Virus record (IMG/VR): IMGVR_UViG_3300025693_000002
Direction: 5' to 3' (one strand)
Length of the DNA stretch: 64,000 nt
DNA from: a virus
This document shows positions 8,030 through 18,207 of the stretch, piece by piece (within the stretch, counting starts at the first letter, position 1; every line of letters starts with the position of its first letter). The notes below the pieces were generated by a model, which made no database searches, was not told the origin of the DNA, and was given only the letters and a program-made list of their open reading frames with translations. The position numbers were made by a program, and so were the translations under genes.

Positions 8030-9453
8030 TAAGCAATACCTCGATTTTCCAGAGCCTCGACCTTGCTCGACAGCTCCTTGACAGCCTCAACCAAAAGCCC
8101 GACCAAGTTGCCGTAAGCAACACTCAAGTAACCCTCTTTCTCGTCTCCGGTAACCGCCTCCGGGATTGCGGCTTTAACTTCCTGAGCGATCAAGCCCGTT
8201 TGGCGAGCGCCAGATTTGATACGAGTAAACTTCACGCCGCGCATCTTCTTAACTGTCGCCAGCGCATTCTCAATAACCTCGATATCGGTCTTGAGGCGTC
8301 TGTCGGATGTAATGCCAACGTCATCCTGTGCGTATAGCGCTCCACCAACGCCTACCCCGCCTGCAATCTTCAAAGCGCCGGTAGTCGGGCTTGTGGATGC
8401 AGTCGTGCTGGAAACAATCAGGTCGCCAGAAACCGTGCCGCCGGCCAGAGGTAGGTAATCGTGAGCGTGAGATTCGGCGGCAGCCCCGATCTCGGCGAGG
8501 GTCCAGGAGACGTTGCTGGTGCCATTGAACGATTTGCCAGTGGAACCAATAGTCAGGGTACGGGCATTCGCCAAAGCAGTAGCTGAACCGGCATTGCCTG
8601 TGGTGTCCTGATTGAACGTGGGCCAGGTTTGCCCGGCGGCAAAAGTAATTGCGCCAGTCATAGTTCCACCTGCCAACGGCAGCTTGGTTGCATCCTCCAC
8701 CGTAATGTTCGCACTGCCGTCAAAGCCCACGCCGTTAATGGTGCGGGCAGTGGCCAGCTTGGTCGCTGTCGCTGCGTTTCCTGTGGTGTCCTGATTGAAT
8801 GTCGGCCAGGTCTGTCCAGCGGCAAAAGTAATTGCACCAGTCATGGTGCCACCGGCCAGGGGCAGCTTGGTTGCATCTGCTACGGTAATGTTCGCTGTAC
8901 CGTTAAAGCTCACACCATTGATGGTACGGGCCGTCTGCAACCGAGTTGCTGTAGCTGCGTTTCCAGTAGTGCTCTGATTGAACGTGGGCCAGGTTTGCCC
9001 GGCTGCAAAAGTAATTGCGCCGGTCATGGTGCCACCAGCGAGGGGTAGTGCCCCCACGTCTGCAGCAGTAAACGTAATGTTGGCATTGGTGCCAGTGGAG
9101 GAGGCAATGGTGCGGGTGTTACCAGTACCAGTGACACTGAGGTTCGTTGCTACGTTTACCTGCGCACCCGCCTGGATACCGTCCAGTTTGGTCTTCTCAG
9201 CTGAACCAGCCCACCACGCGGCAATCGCCTGACGGACTCGCTGAGCCGTCCACTTACGGGACGTAGTGGCAGTGCCCGCCTCGGCTTCGGCCTGAGTAAC
9301 CTCAGAGGCAGTCCACTCCCGAGCATCAGTGAAGCGGGCGTCAGTGAGAAGCGCCCGCTCGTCGAGTGAGTCCTCCACGTTCTTGCCTGCTACCGTCAGG
9401 CTTCTGGTTACCGTCAGGTCACCGTAAACTCGGGTCGATCCAAGATCAGCCAT
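8029..9453 (-). CDS. tail fibre with C-terminal intramolecular chaperone (peptidase S74-like) domain
   Basis: C-terminus SDRRLKTDIEVIENALATVKKMRGVKFTRI...GLIAQEVKAAIPEAV...YGNLVGLLVEAVKEL matches S74 autoproteolytic chaperone domains. N-terminal TDAREWTASEVTQAEAEAGT..RKWTAQRVRQAI adaptor motif. Three 61-aa tandem repeats. Confidence 0.85.
   Translation of the reverse strand: MADLGSTRVYGDLTVTRSLTVAGKNVEDSLDERALLTDARFTDAREWTASEVTQAEAEAGTATTSRKWTAQRVRQAIAAWWAGSAEKTKLDGIQAGAQVNVATNLSVTGTGNTRTIASSTGTNANITFTAADVGALPLAGGTMTGAITFAAGQTWPTFNQSTTGNAATATRLQTARTINGVSFNGTANITVADATKLPLAGGTMTGAITFAAGQTWPTFNQDTTGNAATATKLATARTINGVGFDGSANITVEDATKLPLAGGTMTGAITFAAGQTWPTFNQDTTGNAGSATALANARTLTIGSTGKSFNGTSNVSWTLAEIGAAAESHAHDYLPLAGGTVSGDLIVSSTTASTSPTTGALKIAGGVGVGGALYAQDDVGITSDRRLKTDIEVIENALATVKKMRGVKFTRIKSGARQTGLIAQEVKAAIPEAVTGDEKEGYLSVAYGNLVGLLVEAVKELSSKVEALENRGIA
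8500..9050. repeat. three tandem 183-bp (61-aa) repeats inside the S74 fibre gene
   Basis: LPLAGGTMTGAITFAAGQTWPTFNQ.TTGNA..AT.L..ART..G..F.G..N occurs three times. Antisense ORFs at 8612, 8795 and 8978 are spaced exactly 183 nt apart. Confidence 0.9.
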
Positions 9454-9827
9454 TAGACCGCCTCCCCTTGTTCAGCGATAGGGTCTTCCACGATAACCTC
9501 TTCAGGCTCGGGGTTATCCCGTTTTTCAGCCGCTTGCAGGTAGGCAGAGAAGATAGCTGCGTACAGAGCGCCAAAAGTCACTTGCTGTCCCAGTGGCTCC
9601 CGGGTGATTGGGTCGATCACGTCAATGACCTCGCCCATATCCTTCTGGTCAAGGGTCAGCTCAAGGATGCCTTCGTCCTGTGCCAAATGGCTCTCGCCGA
9701 GCACCACGACTTTTTCTTCAACGAACTTGACCCGGATGGCATCGCTCAGAGGGTGCTCGATGACGATGCGCTTGGCACGGACCCAAGACTCTCCTGCTAC
9801 CTCAGTTTGGCGGTAGTTGTTACTCAT
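9453..9827 (-). CDS. hypothetical protein
   Basis: 124-aa acidic ORF between two fibre genes, tightly coupled. Confidence 0.5.
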   Translation of the reverse strand: MSNNYRQTEVAGESWVRAKRIVIEHPLSDAIRVKFVEEKVVVLGESHLAQDEGILELTLDQKDMGEVIDVIDPITREPLGQQVTFGALYAAIFSAYLQAAEKRDNPEPEEVIVEDPIAEQGEAV

Positions 9828-12517
9828 GCTATTACCTCTTTGAATTGGCCTTGGATGAAGGTCCGACCTTCACTAATTGAGACCTTGTTCGGGCCTGTAC
9901 GCTGATACTCGATGGCGATTTCCTCGGGGGTGAGGGCGCGGTTGAAGATTTTGAGGTTGGCCATATCCCCGAAAAAGGGGGAAGCTCCCCCAGCGTAACG
10001 TCCGCCAATAGTCATGTGGGGGTAAGTGGGGCTACCCACTTGTAACCCGCCGGATTCTAGGGATAGGTACGCTTCTGTACCGTCTATATAAACCCGCCGA
10101 CTGGATGAAGCATGTACATACGCGACCATGTGCCAAGTCCCAGTCTGCAAAGTACGGCTGGTAACTGTTCGCCAGGCCCAGGGCGCAGATGCGTACTTAA
10201 CCATTGAGGTAAGCCCGCTGTTGTTGATGGCTATCTCAAAAGTGTTCTCGATAGTCAGCAAGTTCTGATCTGAGGAGGAACTGGCCGGCAAGGGTTTTAC
10301 CCAAAACGTAAATGTAGCCTCGGGAAACTGCCATGTACCTCCGCTTAGCGGAGCAGAGGTTACCCGGATGAATTGCCCATCCCCACTAAAACCAAACGCA
10401 CCCTTACCATCAAACCCACCAGCAACCGGCACAGCTCCATTCGCTACGCCGTGGTGCCCATTACCGGAGTAGTCATCCGCATTGGCAGTCAACGGGTAGT
10501 AAGCCACCAAACCATCTGTGATGCCGACTTCGGAGTATGCCCCCGAAGCCACTGTAGAAATAACTTGCCCAGGCATGGCCCCTGCTTTAGCTCTGAATAA
10601 CGCCTCATTGCGAGAGTCGAAACCAGCCAACAACTCAGCAATAGAAGGCTCAGTGCCATCGCAAATATCCATGCGCGGGTAGCACCACTGCTGGCGTGTG
10701 TTCACGTCCGTGGAGTAGTACAGATAGCTCCTGTGTCTTGCAGCAGTCGTCCCCTCAGCGAACACGCAGTCGCCCCCTGTGTTACCAAGAACATTCGCTA
10801 TCCGGCCTGCTGCAACTGTGTAAACTCCAGAGTCCGGATGCACTGCGCCCGCGCCGCTGCCTATGGGCCAAATATGCCCAACCACCAAAATCCACTCGGA
10901 ATCAAGCCCGCCGCGGTAATCAAAGTACGGGTTTCCGTTAGTCGCCCCGTTTGACCGGTTTAGGACGGCTGGCGACCCATAACAGCCAAAGTAGAACGTA
11001 CCATTCCCCGTGACCGTTCTCCGCACCCATGTTGAAAGGCGGTAAAACTTGGTTGGATCGACAGGAAACCAGTCACTATTCCACCCACCATCCGGCCCGC
11101 TCACTGCATCCGGTCTTGCCTCCCAGACGACAGTAGGCTTACCCCAAGGATCAGTGTCTATAACGCGGTAGTCCTCCCCCGCGCTACCAATTTTGCGAAA
11201 CATACCAACATCACCAATCTGCCCGTCTTCCCATTGGGTGTAATCCAACAAGAGCGATTGCTTAATGCCTGTGTCGTTGATCATGGCAGCGTAAAAGTTG
11301 CCTTGGTCGTCAATGGACCCACGGCAGTGGTACAGGTTTTTTATATCGGCAGCTGAGAGTTCGCCGGCATAAAGCGATACTTCACCAACAACGCCAGCCC
11401 AATAGCCACCCGCCCAGTCCCCGATTCTGTTAATCGGGTTAACGGTAAGATCAAGGGATGTCGCTACAGTTGAAAGGAAGTTTCCGTCAACATAAAAACT
11501 TGCATTACCGTTGCCGTGTATCACCGTTACATAAAGATGAGCCTTGCCGTCATCAGGAGAGATATACCCTGATTCCCTGAAAGACCCATCAAAAAGACCA
11601 AATACATTTGACCCACTGCTGAATATCGCCGGGTGAATGTTCGCGCTACACCCTAAAACCGTTCTCCAGTTTGCAGCGGCTATCGCGTCATCACGCTTAT
11701 ACCAGAAGGCAAGCGTTGCTTTTGGTGCGGAGAACGGCTCAATATCCATCCGCTTGCCGGCAGAGCTGAACACGGCACAGTTGCGTCCATCTACGGTCGT
11801 AAAGCCAACATCGCCAACTGGAGTGCCTGAGATATACCGGGCCGCATCATAAAGGTCATTGTTGAATTTGTGGTTAACGGCCAAACCCTTCGCCAAATCC
11901 CTCACTTCATGCTCAGAGAGGGCGTGGTCGTAGACGCGAACGTCGTCAACAATGGCAGCCGGAATATAATACGCAGTATTATAACCAGTTGACCATTTAA
12001 ACAGTTGCAGCTTGTCCGGTACGCACTTCATTGCGTAAGTAATTTCAAATTCTTTAATACCATCAACCCAAAGACTCAGGTTATTATTCGATGCGTCATA
12101 ACGGACAATCAGGTGCGCCCACCTGTCCTTTATATTCGATGTTCCATAATAGGAATGGTATGTCCTACTTGTGCCGGTTCCGGTATTGCAGCTGATTCTA
12201 TAGTCGGTTGCTGAAATATACCGGACAGTTATACCTGCTCCTGTATTTGTGGCATGGTTGTGATTTGTTACAAGCCCATTCGCGGACGCCATTGCATCAG
12301 TGACGTATGCCCAACATGCCATAGTGAAGCTTGACGAAAGGTAGATGTCTTCGATCGTTCCAAAATAGTCTGATCCTGTATTGAGTGCGAGTCTCTTATA
12401 AGCTCCACCCAGTTTACCAACTTCCGGCACCAACTGTCCGCTATTGTTAAAATAGGTTAGCTTAGGTCCAATAATATTTGTCAAATCTTCCAGCCTGTAA
12501 TGTGCAATCAAAGCCAT
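9824..12517 (-). CDS. LamG / concanavalin-A-like lectin-domain tail protein
   Basis: Two LamG-type segments: N-terminal ALIAHYRLEDL... and C-terminal LVAYYPLTANADDYSGNGHHG...LKIFNRALTPEEI. Start trimmed to ATG 12517 (AGGAG 8 nt upstream). Confidence 0.7.
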   Translation of the reverse strand: MALIAHYRLEDLTNIIGPKLTYFNNSGQLVPEVGKLGGAYKRLALNTGSDYFGTIEDIYLSSSFTMACWAYVTDAMASANGLVTNHNHATNTGAGITVRYISATDYRISCNTGTGTSRTYHSYYGTSNIKDRWAHLIVRYDASNNNLSLWVDGIKEFEITYAMKCVPDKLQLFKWSTGYNTAYYIPAAIVDDVRVYDHALSEHEVRDLAKGLAVNHKFNNDLYDAARYISGTPVGDVGFTTVDGRNCAVFSSAGKRMDIEPFSAPKATLAFWYKRDDAIAAANWRTVLGCSANIHPAIFSSGSNVFGLFDGSFRESGYISPDDGKAHLYVTVIHGNGNASFYVDGNFLSTVATSLDLTVNPINRIGDWAGGYWAGVVGEVSLYAGELSAADIKNLYHCRGSIDDQGNFYAAMINDTGIKQSLLLDYTQWEDGQIGDVGMFRKIGSAGEDYRVIDTDPWGKPTVVWEARPDAVSGPDGGWNSDWFPVDPTKFYRLSTWVRRTVTGNGTFYFGCYGSPAVLNRSNGATNGNPYFDYRGGLDSEWILVVGHIWPIGSGAGAVHPDSGVYTVAAGRIANVLGNTGGDCVFAEGTTAARHRSYLYYSTDVNTRQQWCYPRMDICDGTEPSIAELLAGFDSRNEALFRAKAGAMPGQVISTVASGAYSEVGITDGLVAYYPLTANADDYSGNGHHGVANGAVPVAGGFDGKGAFGFSGDGQFIRVTSAPLSGGTWQFPEATFTFWVKPLPASSSSDQNLLTIENTFEIAINNSGLTSMVKYASAPWAWRTVTSRTLQTGTWHMVAYVHASSSRRVYIDGTEAYLSLESGGLQVGSPTYPHMTIGGRYAGGASPFFGDMANLKIFNRALTPEEIAIEYQRTGPNKVSISEGRTFIQGQFKEVIA

Positions 12518-12521
12518 GTCA

Positions 12522-15500
12522 TTACTCCTGGAACACAAAGTCTATGGACTTGGTGGTGGCGTTGTACTGAATAGACGCCTTTACGTCGCTCAGACCGGTG
12601 CCGCCCATCTTGAAAGCCCCCGAGTCTCGCACACGCACGTCTCCGGTAACGTCCAGCCGATGAGTAGGGCTGTCATTGCCGAAGCCTGTGTTGCCGCGCA
12701 GGGAAGCGTCTCCACCAACTTGCAGAGCGTTAGTGCCGTCATCGGTAGTACCTACCAGCACCTTGGCAGTCGAAACAAGCGAGGCGATTCCTGCCACGAT
12801 AGCTTGACGGACCCGCTGCGCGGTCCACTTCCTGGAAGTAGTAGAGGTTCCAGCTTCCGCTTCGGCCTGCGTTACTACGCTAGCGGTCCATTCCCGCGCG
12901 TCGGTGAGGCGAGAATCTGTGTTGTCCACCTTCTCGGCGAGCGCAGTATCCAATCCTGTGACTGTGCTAATCGGCAGAGTGGGGATGCGGGCAGCGCTGA
13001 TGGTGCCTGTCGCAATGTTGCTTGCGTTCAAGCCAGTCAAGGCCGCGCCATCACCCGAGAACTTGGGAGCGACCAGAACGCCGGTTGAGCCGGTAAAGGT
13101 TACGTTCGCGTGGCTGTAAAGCACGCCACTGGCGTTGATAACCATCGGGTACGTCCCACTGAAGGAAGTGCCGATACTGGCCAGCTTGGTGGCAGTTGCA
13201 GCGTTGCCTGTGGTGTCCTGGTTTAAGATGGGAATACGCGCAGCATCAATAGTGCCTGTTGTAATTTTGGACGCATCCAGGCTTGGGATATCAGAAGCAG
13301 CCAGCGCTGCGCCGCCGGTCACAATACCCTTGGCGTTGACAGTGACTTTCCCGTACTCACCCGCAGATACGCCAGACGCTGCCAGCGTAAGCACTCCTGA
13401 GGCGTTCCCTGAGCCGTCAAACGACGTAGACCAAGTGCCGTCCCCTGTCATCGAGATCGTGCGAGCTGTGGTCAACTTGGCGGCAGAGCCGGTGGTGTTC
13501 TGGTTCAGCGTTGGAATGCGCGCTGCTGCGAACGTGCCGGTGGTGATCTTGGAAGCGTCGAGACTTGGAATGTCGGCAGCGACGAGAGCCGCCCCTCCCG
13601 TTACGACACCCTTGCTGTTTACTGTGACCTTGGCGTAGGTGCCTGCAGTGACGCCTGAGTTTGCCAATGTCAGAGCAAAGGAAGCGTTTGCGGAGCCGTC
13701 AACAACGGCCGATCCTGTCGCATCGCCGGTAAAGCTGAGAGTTCTAGGGGTGCCCCAGCTAACTGTAGTGATGCCGAAAGAGCCGTCAAAGCTCCTACCA
13801 TTGATCGTAACCGGCGTTGCCAGGCGACTTGCGGTCGCCGCATTGCCGTCAGTGTCGATATTGGAGGTTGCGTTTGGGATGAAACTGGTGAGGCCGGAGA
13901 AGCCACTGAGGTCTGTCACAAGCTCAGTTGTCCAACCCTTCGTGTAAGCCGTAGAGACACCGGAAAACGTCAGCAGCGCCCTTGAGATCGCGACTTGAGG
14001 GTAGTTCCAAACAGTCGTTTCGTCGCCCAGGACAATACAGTTTTTCCCGTTTGCATCGATGCCAAGACGAACCTTAATGTCCATCGAGCCAAACGCAACC
14101 TTGGTTGGGGTGAGCCAGCCAGAGCCGTAGCGGTAGCCGGCCACCAGAATCTTCTCAACCTTGGCCGGGTTGTAGTTGTAGGCGTCGATTTCAAACTGGT
14201 GCATTACCGCGGTGTTCGCACTAGGAGCGCTGAAAACGATGGCGCCAGTGACGTTGCTGTCAGCCTTGAAAAGAGCAACGCCATGTACGTTGAAGTCGAG
14301 AACTGATGGCGAGCCTGGGCTTGCGCCAGACCGGAGGGTGTCGCCGTTTTCCAGAGCAACCGGAACGGTTATCTCGCCGCCAGTAATTTTCGAGGCGTCC
14401 AGGTTCGGAATATCGGACTCAGACAGAGCGAGTCCACCAATCACGATACCTTTCGCGTCAACCTGAACCTTCGCGTACTGACCTGCAGTCACGCCCGAAT
14501 TCTTCAACGTAAAGGCAATTGCGGCGTTAGCGGTGCCGTTGAAACTCGCGGAACCTGTGCCGTCGCCAGTGATCGAGATCGTTCTGGATGTAGCCAGCTT
14601 TGTCGCTGCAGCAGCTGTGCCGGTTGTCGAGACGGCCCCAACGTCAGCAGCCGTCAGCGTAATCGCGCCCCCAGACTTGCCGTTGACGCTGGTGATCGAC
14701 TCGGTGTTGTCGATCTTGTAGAACTCGGTCAAGTTCTTGGAGTACATCAGCGTGTCGCCGACCGCGTAGTCGATACCGGATACAGTGCCGCCTACAGTAA
14801 CCTTCCAGAAACCACTTGCAGATGGCACAGGCGGGTACGCGCCACCCGAGAGATCAACGCCGCCGTACTCAACCAGGCCACCAACCACGCTCGCTGCTGC
14901 CTGCATTACCTCTGCATGCGCGTCTTCAATTTCGGAGTGCATGGTGGTGACTTGCGAGTGCATGGTGGTGACTTGCGAGTGCTTAGTGTCAACTGACGCT
15001 TTCGAGCTGGCTGCGGAGGACGCCGAGCTGGCTGCTTCGCCAGCTTTGGTTGTAGCGGTAGAAGCCGAGCTGGACGCGGAGGACGCGGAACTCGCAGCGG
15101 CTGACGCCGAGCTGGCTGCTTCACTCGCTTTGGTCGAGGCGGTGGCGGCTGACGCAGCTGCTTCACTCGCTTTGGTCGTTACCAGTGACTCGGAACCTGC
15201 CGCTGCCGACGCGCTTGCAGCCGCTTTCAAGGCATGATGCTTGGCGGAATACTTGCCCGTCTCAACTGCAGTGTTTTCCGGGTTGTCAGCCCACTTGCTC
15301 GCTTTCAGCTCTGACGCTGAGGCGTTGGTTGCGGAAGTAGACGCCTCACTTGCTTTGGTTGTTGCCGTAGCGGCAGAAGTGGACGCCTCACTTGCTTTGG
15401 TTGTTGCTGTAGCGGCAGAAGTGGACGCCTCACTTGCTTTGGTTGTTGCCGTCGTGCGCGCCGTCTCAGCGGCAGTCTTGGCGGTCTCAGCGGCAGTCTT

Positions 15501-16724
15501 GGCGGTCTCAGCGGCAGTCTTGGCGGTCTCAGCGGCGGTCTTAGCGGCCTGAGTGGACTCTTCCAGGGAAATGACATTGGTGTGCCGAGTTACAACGTCG
15601 GCTTGCTTCGACGTTACATCGACCTGAATTGACGCCACATCAGCTTGCGACGCTGCCACCAGGCTCTGCTTTTCTGCCACATCAGCTTGCGACGCTGCCG
15701 CCTTGATTGCGTGGTGCTTGGCGGAATACTTGCCCGCCTCAACTGCAGTGTTTTCCGGGTTGTCAGCCCACTTCTGAGCTTTCGCGGACGATGCGCTCGC
15801 TTCACTCGCTTTGGTTGTGGCAGTAGTCGCGGACGCGGCGGCGTTGGTAGCCGACGTTGCGGCATTGGTAGCGCTGGTTGCTGCGGCGCTTTCACTCGAC
15901 GCGGCGCTGGTTGCAGACGATTCCGCGCTGGTCTTAGCAGCCTGGGCTGCTGACTCCAGGGAAACGACATTGCTTTGACGACTTGTCACATCGGCCAAGG
16001 CTGCGTCGGCGGCAACCCGGGAGGTTTCTGCGGCCAACGCATGATGCTTAGCTGAATATTTGCCAGTAGTTACGACGCCGGTAGTCTTCTCGGCCCAATC
16101 GCCAGCTAGGTTTGCTTTAGTGGTCGCAGTAGCAGCGCTAGTTGCGGCAGAGTTTTTGGCCGCTTCCGCCGCCGTCTTGGCCGCTTCCGCCGCCGTCTTA
16201 TAACCCAGAATCTGATCGGCCCATACCTGCTGATCCCCCAGCGCATCCCATTGGGCTTGGGCTTGTGCTTGAAGAGACTCGGTATTCGCTCGCAGCTCGT
16301 CTGTCAGGCTGATCAGGTGATCCGGGCTGTAGATCAGCGTGGTGACGCCGTAGCGATCAGTCAGCGGGAACTTGCCATCGCTCGCCTCACCGCCGTTGCG
16401 AGGGCCATTGATCCACTGGACAAACTCGTCCAGGGACCGTTGACGGTCGGTCATGAACTCGTCGATTTGGAGCATGAGTTCAAAGTTGCTGGCGTTGGTC
16501 AGGTTACGGATAACCGCAAACGCCACGTTCGTCAGGGAAGTGCCTGTGTACACCTCTCCGATGGTGAGCTGAGTGTCCGAGTCTACCCGTGCAATCTCAA
16601 AGAGTCGGCCGTTGACCAGAAGGATGTTACCTACTCGGACTTCGGTCTTAAAAAGAGTGCCGACGCCGGTAACTACGGCGCTGTTGTTAGCGAGACTGAT
16701 TGTCCCGACTCGATACCATGACAT
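12522..16724 (-). CDS. long tail fibre (1400 aa) with Ala/Thr/Ser-rich repeats
   Basis: Recurrent KWADNPENTAVE.GKYSAKHHA fibre motif, repeated TARTI...DGSGNA...GVTAG.Y.KVTV..KG.V.GG units, and a C-terminal TDAREWTASVVTQAEAEAGT..RKWTAQRVRQAI motif shared with ORF 8029..9453. Confidence 0.85.
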   Translation of the reverse strand: MSWYRVGTISLANNSAVVTGVGTLFKTEVRVGNILLVNGRLFEIARVDSDTQLTIGEVYTGTSLTNVAFAVIRNLTNASNFELMLQIDEFMTDRQRSLDEFVQWINGPRNGGEASDGKFPLTDRYGVTTLIYSPDHLISLTDELRANTESLQAQAQAQWDALGDQQVWADQILGYKTAAEAAKTAAEAAKNSAATSAATATTKANLAGDWAEKTTGVVTTGKYSAKHHALAAETSRVAADAALADVTSRQSNVVSLESAAQAAKTSAESSATSAASSESAAATSATNAATSATNAAASATTATTKASEASASSAKAQKWADNPENTAVEAGKYSAKHHAIKAAASQADVAEKQSLVAASQADVASIQVDVTSKQADVVTRHTNVISLEESTQAAKTAAETAKTAAETAKTAAETAKTAAETARTTATTKASEASTSAATATTKASEASTSAATATTKASEASTSATNASASELKASKWADNPENTAVETGKYSAKHHALKAAASASAAAGSESLVTTKASEAAASAATASTKASEAASSASAAASSASSASSSASTATTKAGEAASSASSAASSKASVDTKHSQVTTMHSQVTTMHSEIEDAHAEVMQAAASVVGGLVEYGGVDLSGGAYPPVPSASGFWKVTVGGTVSGIDYAVGDTLMYSKNLTEFYKIDNTESITSVNGKSGGAITLTAADVGAVSTTGTAAAATKLATSRTISITGDGTGSASFNGTANAAIAFTLKNSGVTAGQYAKVQVDAKGIVIGGLALSESDIPNLDASKITGGEITVPVALENGDTLRSGASPGSPSVLDFNVHGVALFKADSNVTGAIVFSAPSANTAVMHQFEIDAYNYNPAKVEKILVAGYRYGSGWLTPTKVAFGSMDIKVRLGIDANGKNCIVLGDETTVWNYPQVAISRALLTFSGVSTAYTKGWTTELVTDLSGFSGLTSFIPNATSNIDTDGNAATASRLATPVTINGRSFDGSFGITTVSWGTPRTLSFTGDATGSAVVDGSANASFALTLANSGVTAGTYAKVTVNSKGVVTGGAALVAADIPSLDASKITTGTFAAARIPTLNQNTTGSAAKLTTARTISMTGDGTWSTSFDGSGNASGVLTLAASGVSAGEYGKVTVNAKGIVTGGAALAASDIPSLDASKITTGTIDAARIPILNQDTTGNAATATKLASIGTSFSGTYPMVINASGVLYSHANVTFTGSTGVLVAPKFSGDGAALTGLNASNIATGTISAARIPTLPISTVTGLDTALAEKVDNTDSRLTDAREWTASVVTQAEAEAGTSTTSRKWTAQRVRQAIVAGIASLVSTAKVLVGTTDDGTNALQVGGDASLRGNTGFGNDSPTHRLDVTGDVRVRDSGAFKMGGTGLSDVKASIQYNATTKSIDFVFQE
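14900..16230. repeat. low-complexity tandem repeats inside the long fibre gene
   Basis: 21-bp x4 at 15460..15543 (TAAETAK), 42-bp x3 at about 15331..15456 (TTKASEASTSAATA), 21-bp x2 at about 14930..14975 (HSQVTTM), and Ala/Ser/Thr-rich runs. Confidence 0.85.
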
Positions 16725-16759
16725 TGCACGACCCCGAAAAATGACCAGGCATTATTATA

Positions 16760-16779
16760 ACTAACTAACGGGTTAGTGA
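16760..16779. promoter_or_regulatory. ACTAAC/GTTAGT palindrome motif
   Basis: ACTAAC-GG-GTTAGTGA. On the sense strand it is followed by TATAAT. Lies 40-55 nt upstream of the long fibre gene. Confidence 0.55.
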
Positions 16780-16809
16780 GCCACAATGCCTAGCCATTTT
16801 TCGATCAGC

Positions 16810-17166
16810 TTAAATCGCTTTTGGCCAAGCTGCGCTTTCGAGATCGCGAAGGGTTACTGTGTCTTTTTCCTTCAATTGTCTTGCAACAAGGAAGGCTTGC
16901 GATATTACTTTCCCAGCCTCAACCGCGGCCGCATTGATAAGCTCCTCAAACTCTGCGTTCGAGAATGTGCGCTCAGAGTTATCTGCCATTCTCCAGGTTA
17001 CAGAATCGCCGGAGGACAGAGCGAGTCGCATCCGGCGTTCGCTTTCGGCGTCGAACTGAACCGCTAAGATACCCACCTTCACGACGCTCTCGACCTTCTG
17101 ACGGTAGCTATCGATATCGGCTTTAGAGACGATTACGCTTTGTTTGGGATCATGCACCAGCTTCAT
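16810..17166 (-). CDS. hypothetical protein
   Basis: 118-aa ORF in the tail module. Confidence 0.5.
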   Translation of the reverse strand: MKLVHDPKQSVIVSKADIDSYRQKVESVVKVGILAVQFDAESERRMRLALSSGDSVTWRMADNSERTFSNAEFEELINAAAVEAGKVISQAFLVARQLKEKDTVTLRDLESAAWPKAI

Positions 17167-17548
17167 TGAACACCTCGACTTTGATTCGACAGGGCTTGTA
17201 GTGACCGTTAAACATCATCAGCTCAGTGACTCCTGGCTCCAGCGAAGACCAAGAAAGCTCGCCATCGTCGATCACGCAAATGCCGTTCGGGTGGTGCAGC
17301 TCGGTTCCTTCGGGAATGCCCGAGACGATCAATTCTTCACCTGGCTTCAATCGGTACACGCCTGATGGTGCGATCTCCGGTCTCGGCTTGACCTCTCCGT
17401 CAATGATCAGGCAGTTCATAGCTGAAATCTCGCCTTCGATTGCAGCCTCCCCCTCCCCTACGTTTATCTCCAGGACGCGCTGATCGTCGGACGTGACAGT
17501 CATGCGGATAACGCCTGTCATCAAGTCGTAAATACTGTAGGTCTTCAT
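17150..17548 (-). CDS. hypothetical protein
   Basis: 132-aa ORF in the tail module. Confidence 0.5.
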   Translation of the reverse strand: MKTYSIYDLMTGVIRMTVTSDDQRVLEINVGEGEAAIEGEISAMNCLIIDGEVKPRPEIAPSGVYRLKPGEELIVSGIPEGTELHHPNGICVIDDGELSWSSLEPGVTELMMFNGHYKPCRIKVEVFNEAGA

Positions 17549-18207
17549 CTCAACCTCTCTGAAATCAATGCCTTCATCTCGTAGTCATACGGATACGTTG
17601 TTGGGCTGTCCGGGGCCAAGTATTTGACCGGCTCCACGGCGCAGTGCTGTCTGTTGGCGAACCAGCCGGCGGTGTTGGTGAATACGGTATATGTGACTTG
17701 ATATGTGACCGCACTCGTTCCGGGGTTCATATCCAGGATTCGCATCATGAATGGGATCGTGTGACCGTAATGCTCCATATCCGAGTCTTGATCGACGTAC
17801 TCCGACATGCCTGTGATGGTGATCGTTTCAGAACCCAGAGAAACGCCATTTCTCGTTACCGAAAGAGGCAGGCCAACCAACGGGTTTACCTGGCCTTCCG
17901 CCCATGCCCGGAACGGTATCTGAATTTCCAAATACGAACCTGGGAAGAGTGGAGGTGGTACTTGAAACGAATGGACGTAAGTCTTTAGGGTTCCGCCGCT
18001 GATAGATTGTGTAGAGGTCGGGGTTGAGTTGATATCCACCCCCAAGAATGTGTCTCTGGACACCGCTCCATTGCGCACGTTGATGGTATCGACAACTTCA
18101 ACAGCCTCAGCCGAAAAAACACCTGAGAAGGTGCCTCCAGCAGCGTCCATTCGACCCCTGAAAACTGCGTCAGAGTTAAACTCCGCCCACCCAGACGGTA
18201 GCGTCAT
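17545..18207 (-). CDS. receptor-binding-like tail protein, paralog 3
   Basis: N-terminus MTLPSGWAEFNSDAVFRGRMDAAGGTFSGVFSAEAVEVVDTINV is shared with ORFs 18204..18653 and 18650..19315. ATGA coupling. Confidence 0.55.
   Translation of the reverse strand: MTLPSGWAEFNSDAVFRGRMDAAGGTFSGVFSAEAVEVVDTINVRNGAVSRDTFLGVDINSTPTSTQSISGGTLKTYVHSFQVPPPLFPGSYLEIQIPFRAWAEGQVNPLVGLPLSVTRNGVSLGSETITITGMSEYVDQDSDMEHYGHTIPFMMRILDMNPGTSAVTYQVTYTVFTNTAGWFANRQHCAVEPVKYLAPDSPTTYPYDYEMKALISERLR

Noticed and set aside
12516-16764. Many antisense and alternative-frame ORFs inside the long fibre gene, e.g. 13135..13638, 14785..15237, 15241..15552 and 15614..15970.
   Set aside because: They mirror the Ala/Ser/Thr repeat DNA of a 1400-aa ORF that carries clear fibre motifs. 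Their products are low-complexity Ala/Arg/Pro and lack starts with an SD.
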